64,000 nt of DNA. Origin: an uncultured Nitrososphaerota archaeon. Lineage in GTDB: Archaea > Thermoproteota > EX4484-205 > JAAOZP01. Position 1 is the first letter of the stretch. Each line of letters begins with the position of its first letter. Location of the stretch: contig CAZWPT010000003.1 in NCBI GenBank assembly GCA_964635675.1, positions 3,672 to 67,671 on the forward strand. The letters are read 5' to 3'. The position numbers and the translations under genes are program-made. Below the pieces are notes generated by a model that did not search any database, had not been told where the DNA came from, and saw nothing but the letters and a program-made list of their open reading frames with translations. This document shows, piece by piece, positions 1-11,000 of this stretch.

Positions 1-271
1 GCCGACGGCTACGGAAGCGATGCTCAAACCATCATCGGCAGGCAACGCTAACACCCTCCTACCTGAGTGCAGGAGGCAACCGCGGTCCAAGCACGCCTTC
101 AATATAAGAATTATTCGCCTGAAGCATCATGCCTTCTTAAGAAGCAAGCGTAATCAGCTTAAAAGCTTTAAAAACCAGAATGTTCTTAACCCCATTCTAA
201 ACGCCCAGAACAACCTAGCAATGCTTATTACGGTTATTCTGAAAAAAGAATAAGGATTTAGATAGAGATTA

Positions 272-1318
<1,047 letters not shown>

Positions 1319-1392
1319 TCAGGGTGTTTAAAAACTTAACGCGATTCCATTATTGCTGAGGAAACTCTTTAATCTTAATCTATGCGAACACT

Positions 1393-2241
1393 TTGCTCAT
1401 GAGTGCCAGTGTCGAGGAGATTGTTAGGAGACGGGTTTTACGAGAGGTTGAGAAATACCGGTTTTTTAGGAGGGCTGCTGTCGCCCTCTCGGGTGGGAAG
1501 GATAGTGGGAGCCTTCTTCACGTTGTCAGAGAAGTGTGCCCAGATAAAGAGGTTATTCCCATCCATCTGAATCTTGGCATAGGTGGTTTCTCAGAGGCCT
1601 CTGAGCGTTTTGCGAGAATGCAGACTGAAAAAGCTGGTCTCCAGCTTGTGGTTTTCAACCTTCAGAGGGAATTTGGCTTCACAATTATTGATGCGGCGAA
1701 GGTTTACCCGAAGGTTTGCAGCGTCTGCGGAGGTTTTAAAAGATACCTTTTGAACAAGGTTGCCTACGAGCTTGATGCTGAAATTATTCTGACTGCTCAC
1801 CACCTGGAGGATTTTCTAGTGAGGATGTTAAAGTCTGTTTTGAACGCAGGGTTTGAGGAGTTCGCTAGGTTTAAAACATATCTCCCGAGGAATGGGAACC
1901 TGGTTGCTAAAGGCAGGCCGTTCTGCAGGGTTCCGGAGAGGCTCATAATGAAGTATGCCTCTGTCACGGGCATTCCGTTTTTACCTGAGAAATGTCCTGT
2001 CGGGAGGAAGGAGAATGTTGAAAGATTCAGGAAGGCGGTTGAAATCCTTGCTTGGAGGCAGAGTCAGAAGCTTCTTTATTTCTCGTCGTTGACGAAGCTG
2101 GCTGAGAGGCTTCAGAGCAGTGGAGCCATGCCTGTTTCAGAGTTGAGGCCCTGCTCGTCCTGTGGCTTTCTTGCTTCAAGCGAAACATGCTCGTTCTGTG
2201 CAAGGGTGAGAAAGATCAGGGCTTTTCTAGGCAGGGAGTAG
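1393..2241 (+). CDS. PP-loop ATPase of the TtuA/TtcA-like tRNA thiolation family
   Basis: 282 aa. SGGKDS PP-loop motif. Internal CSVCGG and C-terminal CSSCG...CSFC cysteine pairs are typical of Fe-S/Zn-containing tRNA 2-thiolation enzymes. Confidence 0.6.
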   Translation: MLMSASVEEIVRRRVLREVEKYRFFRRAAVALSGGKDSGSLLHVVREVCPDKEVIPIHLNLGIGGFSEASERFARMQTEKAGLQLVVFNLQREFGFTIIDAAKVYPKVCSVCGGFKRYLLNKVAYELDAEIILTAHHLEDFLVRMLKSVLNAGFEEFARFKTYLPRNGNLVAKGRPFCRVPERLIMKYASVTGIPFLPEKCPVGRKENVERFRKAVEILAWRQSQKLLYFSSLTKLAERLQSSGAMPVSELRPCSSCGFLASSETCSFCARVRKIRAFLGRE

Positions 2242-2319
2242 GCGTAATGGTCTTCACGAATACTTGTTTTAAGCCGGTTTCTAAGCAATTCTTTAAATAC
2301 GTTGCCTGCCTAAACATTT

Positions 2320-3438
2320 TTGGAAGCGGGATACTACATGAGGATCGCCTTCGTTTATGACGCAGTGTATCCCTGGATTAAAGGCGGTGTAGAGAGGAGA
2401 ATATACGAGATTGGAAGGAGGCTATCCCGCCGGCATGAGGTGCACTGGTTCGGCTTAGAGTGGTGGGGCGGTGGAGAGAGGGATATTGACGGTATCCGAC
2501 TTCACGGGGTTGGAGGGGGAAGACCGCTTTACGTCAATGGGAAGCGGTCGATAAGCGAGGCCTTATACTTCGGGCTTAAGCTACTCTCAGGATTCAAGCA
2601 TGATGTCGACTTCATAGATGTTCAAGCGTTCCCGTACTTCTCCTGCTTCACCTCTAAGGCCCGCTCCATGATGGCGGGGGCACGCATGGCAGTGACGTGG
2701 CACGAGCTTTGGGGAAGCTACTGGTTTGAATACTTGGGTATTAAGGGGCTCGCGGGCTGGGCTGTTGAAAGAGCCGTCCCCAAGCTTACATCCATGCATA
2801 TTGCTGTATCAAGCGTGACGAGGAGAAGACTGGAGGCAGTTGGTGTTCAAGCCGAGGTGATCCCAAACGGAATAGACTTTGAGCATATAGCGAGAGTCAA
2901 CAGAAGTTGTGAGGAGTCTGACCTTGTTTTCGCAGGAAGGCTGGTGAAAGAGAAGAATGTTGACTTGATTATAAGAGCTGTTAGGATCCTGAGGAAAAGT
3001 GTTCCAGACGTTAAATGCGTAATAATAGGCGACGGGCCGGAGAAACAGGCTCTAGTAAGACTATCAGACCGCCTTGGAGTAGGCGGGAACATTGTGTTTA
3101 AAGGATTCCTTGATAATCACGACGATGTTATAGCTTGCATGAAGTCCTCCAAGGTTTTTGTACTCCCCTCGACCCGGGAGGGTTTTGGAATCGTTGTGTT
3201 AGAGGCGAACGCGTGCGGAATTCCTGTCGTCACGGTTAGGCACGAGAGGAACGCTGCTTGCAGCCTAGTGGAAGAGGGTTTAAATGGTTTCACATGCGCC
3301 GTTTCACCTGAGAAAATCGCGGAGAAAACTCTGGAGGCCATGTGTAGGAACATGAGGCAGGAGTGTTTTAACAATGCTTCCAAGTATGACTGGAGCAAAA
3401 TAGTAAGCCTTTACGAGAATCTTCTGGAAAGGATCTAA
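2320..3438 (+). CDS. GT4-family glycosyltransferase
   Basis: 372 aa. C-terminal EGFGIVVLEANACGIPVV (E-x7-E motif of GT-B/GT4 retaining glycosyltransferases). Confidence 0.8.
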   Translation: MEAGYYMRIAFVYDAVYPWIKGGVERRIYEIGRRLSRRHEVHWFGLEWWGGGERDIDGIRLHGVGGGRPLYVNGKRSISEALYFGLKLLSGFKHDVDFIDVQAFPYFSCFTSKARSMMAGARMAVTWHELWGSYWFEYLGIKGLAGWAVERAVPKLTSMHIAVSSVTRRRLEAVGVQAEVIPNGIDFEHIARVNRSCEESDLVFAGRLVKEKNVDLIIRAVRILRKSVPDVKCVIIGDGPEKQALVRLSDRLGVGGNIVFKGFLDNHDDVIACMKSSKVFVLPSTREGFGIVVLEANACGIPVVTVRHERNAACSLVEEGLNGFTCAVSPEKIAEKTLEAMCRNMRQECFNNASKYDWSKIVSLYENLLERI

Positions 3439-3463
3439 AGTGCCATAGGCAGCCGGTTGTTTC

Positions 3464-3877
3464 CTACTGGCGCTTCTCCCCCGAGATCTTTAAAACGGTG
3501 CTTGTGTTAAGGTATGGCGGGACCCTGCCGGCCAGCAGCATGGAGCAAACCTCTGAGCCAAGCCCTTTTGAAACAATCCTGTTGAACGCCCTCCATGTAA
3601 AAACAGATACTGCAAGCATCCTCCTCGTGTCCACAACGAGAACCCTCCACTTCCTGCAAAAGTTTGCAGCATCCCTAGAAACCTCCACCCCGCCGAAGTG
3701 CGTCGCCCTGGCATACATTCCCCGTCTAGACCTTACTCTTGCCCTTGATAATGCCACTACGCATATGAACTCCCTGTTCCCGGGGCTGATCCTCCAGTAT
3801 TTATCATGCTTTACAGCATTTACAAGGTCCTCCGCCTCCCTCTTTGTCAAACCTTTGAAAACACTGTTCTTGAACAT
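3464..3877 (-). CDS. Hypothetical protein (uncertain ORF in a 487-bp gap between convergent genes)
   Basis: 137 aa with a plausible charged composition. An overlapping +strand ORF (3498..3929) looks less protein-like. No recognisable domain. Confidence 0.25.
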   Translation of the reverse strand: MFKNSVFKGLTKREAEDLVNAVKHDKYWRISPGNREFICVVALSRARVRSRRGMYARATHFGGVEVSRDAANFCRKWRVLVVDTRRMLAVSVFTWRAFNRIVSKGLGSEVCSMLLAGRVPPYLNTSTVLKISGEKRQ

Positions 3878-3925
3878 CTTGATTCACGAGAGCTGGAGGG
3901 AGATGATGAGTGCCCAGGACAATCC

Positions 3926-5173
3926 TTAAGAAGACTGTAGCTCAACCACCCTGATCCCGTAGAAACCGGCTAGTTGCCTCGCGTCATCTGTCAGCTTCGG
4001 CTTAACTATTAAAGTCGACCCGCTAATCATCTCCTCAACATCATTCCTCTTAGTGTAGAAGCCAACTATGGATGTGACTGGAACATCAGTCACGTCGAAA
4101 ACAATGTCACAGACAATCGGCTTATCCCCGTTTAAAACACCTATGTCGAACGCATGCGTGATTCCAGATTTACCGGTTATCTTAATGTCCTCCTCAATCT
4201 GCAGCCCAACCATTGAAAGGTATTGAGAGAGCTGTTTTTTAAAAGAAGCATACTCCTCCTCCCTCATCTTCAACTCCTGCTCAACCGGGAGCATCCTAGC
4301 CGATACTTCCTCAGGCTGCATCATGCTTCTGAACAGCTTCTTGAGAGACTGTACCAAAGCATCGCTATTAGTCCAGATCGCAGTGGCCTCTTTTCTCTCA
4401 GCCCGGCTTACACCCGGCGGCTTAGTGAACAGGAGAAGCTGCTTATTGTCAACGATTACGAAGCACGGTGCTGAAAGACTCATCGTCTTAACCTCTATCA
4501 CCTCGGCATGCTTCTTGAGGAACGACGTGATGCTTGACGTGCCTGAAATACCGTGTGTAAGTATCTGGATGCGAACATTATCTTTGCTCAAGTTGCGAAG
4601 CTTCTGAAGGATCCCCGCGTTATACGCTCTGACGAGTTCAGTCCTGAGAGCCACTATGTTAACCTCCTCCTTAGCCTCGTCAAGCATGTCTGCAAACCTG
4701 GCGTAAATCTGCTCTATCCCCTTTAAAAGCTGAAGCTTCTCCTGCTCCTCCACTTTAGAAGGTACGCGGACCGTCTTCCATATTTCCATAAGCTCCTCCT
4801 TGCTTTTCTCCATCGTCATCACTCTTCTCTTCTCAGCCTCTATCAGAATGTCTAGAGCCTTTTCGAAGCCTATTGCTGAAAATCTGGCGGGACGGTCCAG
4901 ACTGGCTTCAATAATACCCTTGTTCTGGAGGCTTGTCAGTATGTTGTATACCTCTGTCCTGGAAATGCCTAGTGATAACCCTATTTCACTGGCCTTCATC
5001 GGCCCTAGTTTTAAAAGATGCATGAAAACCTTGGCCTCATTATCCGTTAAACCGTATTCGCCAAGCTCCTCCCGAAGCTTTTCAAACTCTTGAGATCCCC
5101 CTTCTAGAGCAACGCGACTCTCTCCCTCAGTGGAAGCCATCGCTGGATTTAAACATATGTGTGTCAACGGCAC
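3926..5173 (-). CDS. TrmB-family transcriptional regulator with an extended C-terminal domain
   Basis: 415 aa. N-terminal winged HTH (KVFMHLLKLGPMKASEIGLSLGISRTEVYNILTSLQNKGIIEA) typical of TrmB sugar regulators. The C-terminal about 250 aa is unassigned. The start may be the downstream M (MASTEGES). Confidence 0.65.
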   Translation of the reverse strand: MPLTHICLNPAMASTEGESRVALEGGSQEFEKLREELGEYGLTDNEAKVFMHLLKLGPMKASEIGLSLGISRTEVYNILTSLQNKGIIEASLDRPARFSAIGFEKALDILIEAEKRRVMTMEKSKEELMEIWKTVRVPSKVEEQEKLQLLKGIEQIYARFADMLDEAKEEVNIVALRTELVRAYNAGILQKLRNLSKDNVRIQILTHGISGTSSITSFLKKHAEVIEVKTMSLSAPCFVIVDNKQLLLFTKPPGVSRAERKEATAIWTNSDALVQSLKKLFRSMMQPEEVSARMLPVEQELKMREEEYASFKKQLSQYLSMVGLQIEEDIKITGKSGITHAFDIGVLNGDKPIVCDIVFDVTDVPVTSIVGFYTKRNDVEEMISGSTLIVKPKLTDDARQLAGFYGIRVVELQSS

Positions 5174-5271
5174 TAATTAAGCTTTTTTAAAAAGCCTGGG
5201 AAATACGCCTAGCAATCTTTAGATCCTCAGCCCATATAGGCTGAGAATGCTTAACGCAAAACCCTTAAGTA

Positions 5272-6084
5272 TTGAAGCCCGACTCATGCTTAAGGATGAT
5301 CGGGTTAATCCTGGCGGCTGGAAAGGGCACTAGAATGCGGCCTTATTCCAACGCGATAAACAAGGAGATGTCCCTAATCGGGGAGAGCCCCGTCATAGAG
5401 TATAACGTGAAGGCTCTTGCAGACGCCGGAATTAGAAAGGCGTTCATAGTGCTCGGAGAAGGCAAGTGGCAGATATTCGAGTACCTTAGGGACGGCTCCA
5501 GGTTTAACATTGCACTCTCCTACATCTATCAAGACCTGGGTGAGAAGGAGGAGAAGAAGGGTACGGCGAAGGCGATACAGGTTGCTGAGGAATGGGTTAA
5601 CGATGATTTCATAGTTATCTATGGCGACTCGTTTTTCTACCCGTATGATTTCCTCAGGAGCGAGATTGAGCTCCACCAGATGGAAAAAGCCGATGTCACA
5701 ATGGGGATCTACATGATGAAAGAGTATAAGGATTACGGTATTGTTCAGACGCACGGCGGGAGGGTTGTCGACATTCTGGAGAAGGCGACCGAGGAGGAGG
5801 CTGAGAAGACTAAGGTCGACGACATGTTTGCAGTCAACTCCGGCCCACTGGTTTTCACGCGTGGAGTCTTCCCCTATATTAGGCGGACTCCTGTTTCGCC
5901 AGCCGGAGAATACTGGATAACTGACACAATCAGGCTGATGATTAAAGACGGTAGGAAAGTATTGGCGTACAGGATACCCGAGGGAGTCTTCTGGAGGGAC
6001 ATTGGGAGAATGAAGCACAGAATGGAGGCTGAAGCATACCTCTTGAGCAAGCATTCCGACTACAACATGCTAAACAGGAAGTGA
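5272..6084 (+). CDS. Sugar-1-phosphate nucleotidyltransferase (glucose-1-P thymidylyl/uridylyltransferase-like)
   Basis: 270 aa. GLILAAGKGTRMRP signature. The likely true start is M at 5296 (MIGLILAAG). Confidence 0.75.
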   Translation: MKPDSCLRMIGLILAAGKGTRMRPYSNAINKEMSLIGESPVIEYNVKALADAGIRKAFIVLGEGKWQIFEYLRDGSRFNIALSYIYQDLGEKEEKKGTAKAIQVAEEWVNDDFIVIYGDSFFYPYDFLRSEIELHQMEKADVTMGIYMMKEYKDYGIVQTHGGRVVDILEKATEEEAEKTKVDDMFAVNSGPLVFTRGVFPYIRRTPVSPAGEYWITDTIRLMIKDGRKVLAYRIPEGVFWRDIGRMKHRMEAEAYLLSKHSDYNMLNRK

Positions 6085-7035
6085 ACAGCCTGAGCCCTCG
6101 ACAGCCATCCTGATAAGGCGTAGCGCGTCTTCAAGCTTAATCTCCTGTTTAAACTGGATGCCACCAATATTTGCCCTGCCTCCCGCGTTCACACCATTGT
6201 TTTTCAAGAGTTCAGCGTAAACCTTGCTGAGGTCTATGCCTCTCGCAGCTATTGTTGCGGAAACCGGTTTGCCCTTCCTTAAGCCTATGCAGACAACCAC
6301 TTTCTCACTCTTCTCCAGCTCGAACATCAACATTCTTCTAGCAGCGGCCTCAAGCTGGTCGGTAACATCATACGTGAAGTAGGTGACTACACCTGTTCTG
6401 GCCAAGGAGCTTCTGAGCTTCTCAACCCTGTTCTCCACGAGGCTCCATCTGCCTATCTCGTTTTCAACCCACTCCAGAACACTGCTCCAATCCATCTCGT
6501 AAACCATGCGCGTGAGGCTGGTTCTAACATCTTCCCTCATGCTGTTCAAGAGAAAAGCCTTATTCATCTTCACAGACAGCTCTGAAACCATGTTTCCAGA
6601 GTCTATCTCGTCAACAGCCTCGAGAATCCTGACACCGTTCTCGTTTAACTCAAGGAAGTCTTTGAAAACATTGAAAACAAGCCTTGAAACACTTCTAATC
6701 CCGCTGTTAAAAAGTATTTCCCTGGTTTTCCTAGAGCCGTTGTAAAGCGCTATTACAGGTGCTTGACCATGGTGGTCTATCAAAACGTTGCTGCCAACAT
6801 AAGTCAAGCCTTTACTTAAAGGGAGTTCTATGAGTATGCTTCTAGAGGCTTTCACAGTGTCGATCTCGCTGGGCTTAGGATATTGGATTCTTGAAATATC
6901 CGCGCCCAGAGCCTTCCCAGTTATTGAGGCGGCGAAAATACCGTCTAGATCAGGGTCGCTCAATATCATGTACTCCGGATTGTCTTCAACGAAGCGGAAG
7001 AGTATTTGCCTCCCCTCCTCGTTTTCAAAGCTCAA
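6070..7035 (-). CDS. DHH-family phosphoesterase (NrnA/GAN-like)
   Basis: 321 aa. DHH motif in VLIDHHG, with DHHA1-like GGxxxxGG near the C-terminus (AGGRANIGG). Overlaps the convergent 5272..6084 gene by 15 nt. Confidence 0.65.
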   Translation of the reverse strand: MSFENEEGRQILFRFVEDNPEYMILSDPDLDGIFAASITGKALGADISRIQYPKPSEIDTVKASRSILIELPLSKGLTYVGSNVLIDHHGQAPVIALYNGSRKTREILFNSGIRSVSRLVFNVFKDFLELNENGVRILEAVDEIDSGNMVSELSVKMNKAFLLNSMREDVRTSLTRMVYEMDWSSVLEWVENEIGRWSLVENRVEKLRSSLARTGVVTYFTYDVTDQLEAAARRMLMFELEKSEKVVVCIGLRKGKPVSATIAARGIDLSKVYAELLKNNGVNAGGRANIGGIQFKQEIKLEDALRLIRMAVEGSGCSLPV

Positions 7036-7132
7036 GCCTTGTTTCCCTCTTTTTCAGAGTACTGGTGGAGTTTTCCGGAGCACCCTTATTTAAAACTATT
7101 TTTAAAAACTACTACGGCTAGACCATCCCTGG

Positions 7133-8035
7133 TTAAAAGATTTGAAGCATGCTTAAGAGGATAATAATTGCTCCAAATGCTAGGCAGTAGTAGGAAAACT
7201 TGTGGAAGCTATGTTTAGCAACGTACTTCCTAACCGTCCCTAGGGCAAGGTAGCCGACGACAGCGGTTACCAGAATCCCTAGGCTAATCATCCAATACTC
7301 CTGCTCGAAACTAATTTCTTGAAGCTTAACTAGGCTTCCGCCTATTATGCTCGGGATTGATAAGAGCAGGGAAAACCGGTAGGCCTCTTCTTCCCCAACC
7401 CCTCTAAGTAGACCGGTTGAAACAGTCATCCCGGTTCTGGATATTCCAGGCGTGATTGAAGCAGCCTGAGAAACCCCTATCAGAAAGGAGTCTAAAGCAC
7501 CCAGTTTCCTACTTGGTTTAGCATTCCTCGTCGAATACAGTATTAAGCCGTTGAGAAGCATTGCAACACCGGTTGCGAAAAGGCTTTGAAACAAAGATTC
7601 GAAGAAGCTTTTAAGAAAGAAGCCCGCTAAGCCAATGGGAATTGTGCCGAGAGCAATGTACACGAGCATCCTGCCCTCTTCCCCTGAGAAATCTAGCTTT
7701 AACGCTGCTCTAAGGATTGATTGTAAATCCTTTCTTAGAAACAGTATTACCCCAATGAGGGTTCCTAGATGAAGCACTATGTCGAAAGCAACGGAGACTT
7801 TTATGTTAAACAGCTCCTGCACTATTACTAGGTGCCCAGTGCTTGAGACTGGAAACCATTCTGTTAAACCTTGAACGAGGCTTAGGCAAACCGTCTCCAG
7901 AATTCCCGCCAAGCCGGTTCTTCCCTGTTTGGAAAAATCGATGGTTAAAACTGCCTCGGCGAAGATAACTAGCGTTTGAATAAACAGGTAACTAGTGATA
8001 ATAAACGTTAGCAACTGACGTTTTCTCTTATCCAC
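7133..8035 (-). CDS. uppP: Undecaprenyl (polyprenyl)-diphosphatase UppP/BacA
   Basis: 300 aa polytopic protein. LTEWFPVSSTGHL and PGISRTG motifs are characteristic of the BacA/UppP family. Confidence 0.8.
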   Translation of the reverse strand: MDKRKRQLLTFIITSYLFIQTLVIFAEAVLTIDFSKQGRTGLAGILETVCLSLVQGLTEWFPVSSTGHLVIVQELFNIKVSVAFDIVLHLGTLIGVILFLRKDLQSILRAALKLDFSGEEGRMLVYIALGTIPIGLAGFFLKSFFESLFQSLFATGVAMLLNGLILYSTRNAKPSRKLGALDSFLIGVSQAASITPGISRTGMTVSTGLLRGVGEEEAYRFSLLLSIPSIIGGSLVKLQEISFEQEYWMISLGILVTAVVGYLALGTVRKYVAKHSFHKFSYYCLAFGAIIILLSMLQIF

Positions 8036-8092
8036 AGCCTTTCATAGCAACCACCTTATAAAAGTTTTACAGTTGATAAGACTCTCTACGAG

Positions 8093-11000
8093 TTAAGATT
8101 TTTCAACAAACTTTCTTGCCGATATCTCATACATCTTTCCTTCAGCATCGAAAGTTATGATGTTTTTGTTCAGCCGTATTGCTGCTATTGCGAGCGCTGA
8201 GCTTAACAGGCCGTCGTCCGAGTCTAAACATACAGCGTCTATCGTGAGGATTTCTTCAGAAAGCCTTTCGACAAGCGTATTCACGTCTCTTGATTCAACC
8301 CTCCTAACCTCGATCGTCGGAGGCCAGATGCCTTCAGACCTAACTCTCCTCCGCAATTCCCTTACCTTGCCACTTACATCCGATCTTGAATAGATGATTA
8401 AAAATTGAGGCCGGTATTTTCTAACAACTGTTGCAGCATACTCTATTGATTCACCTATTACTACAGCCACGTTAAATCTTAGCGTAGACCATTCTAGGAC
8501 GAGCTTCCTAACATGAGTTATAACTTCATGCGCATTCGACTCAAGCATAACTGCGTAAAGGGATTTCGTATGAACGTAAGCCGCATACTCTTCGCCATCC
8601 TTCTTAACCTCGATCGCAGTTAGGGCTGTAAACGGCCTATTGCCCCCCTTTCCATACCTGAAACTCACCGAATAAGAGATATTCCCGTTCTCATCCAGTT
8701 TTTCCTCGCGCGCAACATCTGAAATTACTAGCTCTAATGCTGTACTGCTTTGAGGCAATCTTTCATAAAGATAGTTAACAAACGTTTCAACCTTCTCCGA
8801 AGGAATCCTCACCGGGATTCGAACCGTCCACACTCCTTCTTTAACTACTTTTTCTTCCATTCTCCACCTTCTCAAAAGCGAGGGGGTTGCTATTTTCGCA
8901 GCCTTTAAGGCAGGGATTGTTGAAGAAACCATGGCTGTCAGAAATGCCATCATTATCAGGGAAAGCATATCTATAGGAGTAGTTTTCACGTCTATAGGTA
9001 TGATCATATTAGAGACGTCAAACACTTTGAATATAATCATGCTCAATATATAGCCAATACCGCCGCCGATGAAACCGAATACCCCTGCCTCCACTATGAA
9101 CAGGCTTGAAATATGAGTAGGGTTTAAGCCTACAGATGAAAAAATGAATATTTCATTCCTCCTTTCATAAACTAGCGTGTAGAATAGCAGCATAATGTTT
9201 AACACGGTAATGATCATTGGAATAAGAACTGTCGCGCCAAAGACCTCGACAGAACCTCCTCTGAAGTAGTAGGTTATGCCCTCTGAACTAGGCATAGTTA
9301 TGACTGAATAGTTTGCTAGCAAAGCTAATCTTCTCGAAACCTCCCTTGCCTGCGCATTGTCTTTGAATGTGCAGTAGAGCGCGGAAACGTAGCCGCCTAA
9401 TCTTTGAGCGGTGAAAGCATCCGTTATCAAGAGGTTGTCAGCGGGCACAGGCTGGGGGCCATTTTCAAAGCCCGGAAGAATATACATGGGCAGGAAATGA
9501 CTGCCATCTGGCTCTTTTATCACGTTAACAAGCCCACCGTCAAATATGCCGGCTACCTTTAGCCTTACCCCTCTGAAAACTATGGTCATGCCTATGTCCA
9601 CGTCTGCTCTGGCTGCCAAATACCTGCTTATAAGAACAGTATTACTATTGTTGAACAGGCTTTCTATTGCATGCTCCGGGTATGTGGCGCTCTTAATCAA
9701 GCTTAGAGACGGGTCTCCCTCGGAAACCCCCCTGACCCCATAGATCGGTACCTCGCTAACATAGTCTAGGGCGCCGTACGCAACAGGAGTTATCACCTTA
9801 TAGTCTATTCTCGAAACCTCTCTCTGCGCGCCTATGAAACTAAAATCTTCAAGCGTGAGGGGGCCGGAAGGCTTGATCACCATCGACACTGGAGGCTTAT
9901 CGGCTGGCCACGTTTTTGCCACCATTATAGCGTTAGTCGTTAGAGACACCCTTATTGAAGTCAACGTTGATATTGCTATAATCATTATTGTAATTGAGAC
10001 GAGAGTTAGCGTAGTCCTTAGCTTTCTCTTTTTCAAGTTTCCAATAGAGTATGAAATAGCGATCAATAAGGCGGGTATCAATGAAACTCCTCGCTCGCTC
10101 TTTATTTCAAGAAAGTAGGGAGCTAAAAATACGAGTAGAAACATGATTATAACAATATAGATTCCTGTCTGAAGCTCTAAAGTTGTAATTCTTGAAAGAC
10201 CCGGGAACACCTGGTAAGCTATAGTCATTAAAACTATGAATGTAATCGCTGTAAACATCGCGTATTGATCCTTCCTCTCTGCAATTATCGAGCCGATGGA
10301 TAAGGATAGAATCGCCACGATCACGAATACTATAATCTGGTTGGTCCGTGTTTCCCTCACAATATTTTGAATAGCATTGATTATTAATACACTGCTCATC
10401 ACGGCTTCTTGCTGATACGCCAGTATCTTAATTGGGTCAGAGGTGTTTAAAACAGCTAAACTGGATCTTTCAATCTGCTCCAACCTGTAAAGCTCCAAGC
10501 CCACGTAGAGCCCAATGTTCCTGGTTTCTTCTACATGTCTTTCAGCAGATTCAACTGTTTCATTGACGAGAGTTTGGTAAGACTTTACTTGGAGGAAAGC
10601 AGGTTGATCCAGGTAGATTTTAGCATTTTTGCTTAATCTAATCGGCTGCGTACTATTCCCTATTTCCACTACTGTTCTTCTCCCACCGACAGTGATTGAA
10701 ACCAGTATCGACAAGTTTGTTTCAGAAGGAACTATAAGGGTATTTCCAGTTATGTTTAGCAGGCCAAGTAGCGGCAGATGGCTTGAATCATAATTCAGCA
10801 TTAATTGATTAAGCCGCGTCTCATTAAGTAGAAGGACATACATTTCCTGCGTTGGAATCGTCAGGTCAAAGGGAGAGGGAACAACAGCCAGGACTTTTGC
10901 GACCGCTCCTGGACATAGGTTTATTTCTATGTTCCTGGTTTCTCTGACTGACAGTTTTCCTAGGCTTATTATTTGAGGCACATAAGTATCTTTTTCGTTT

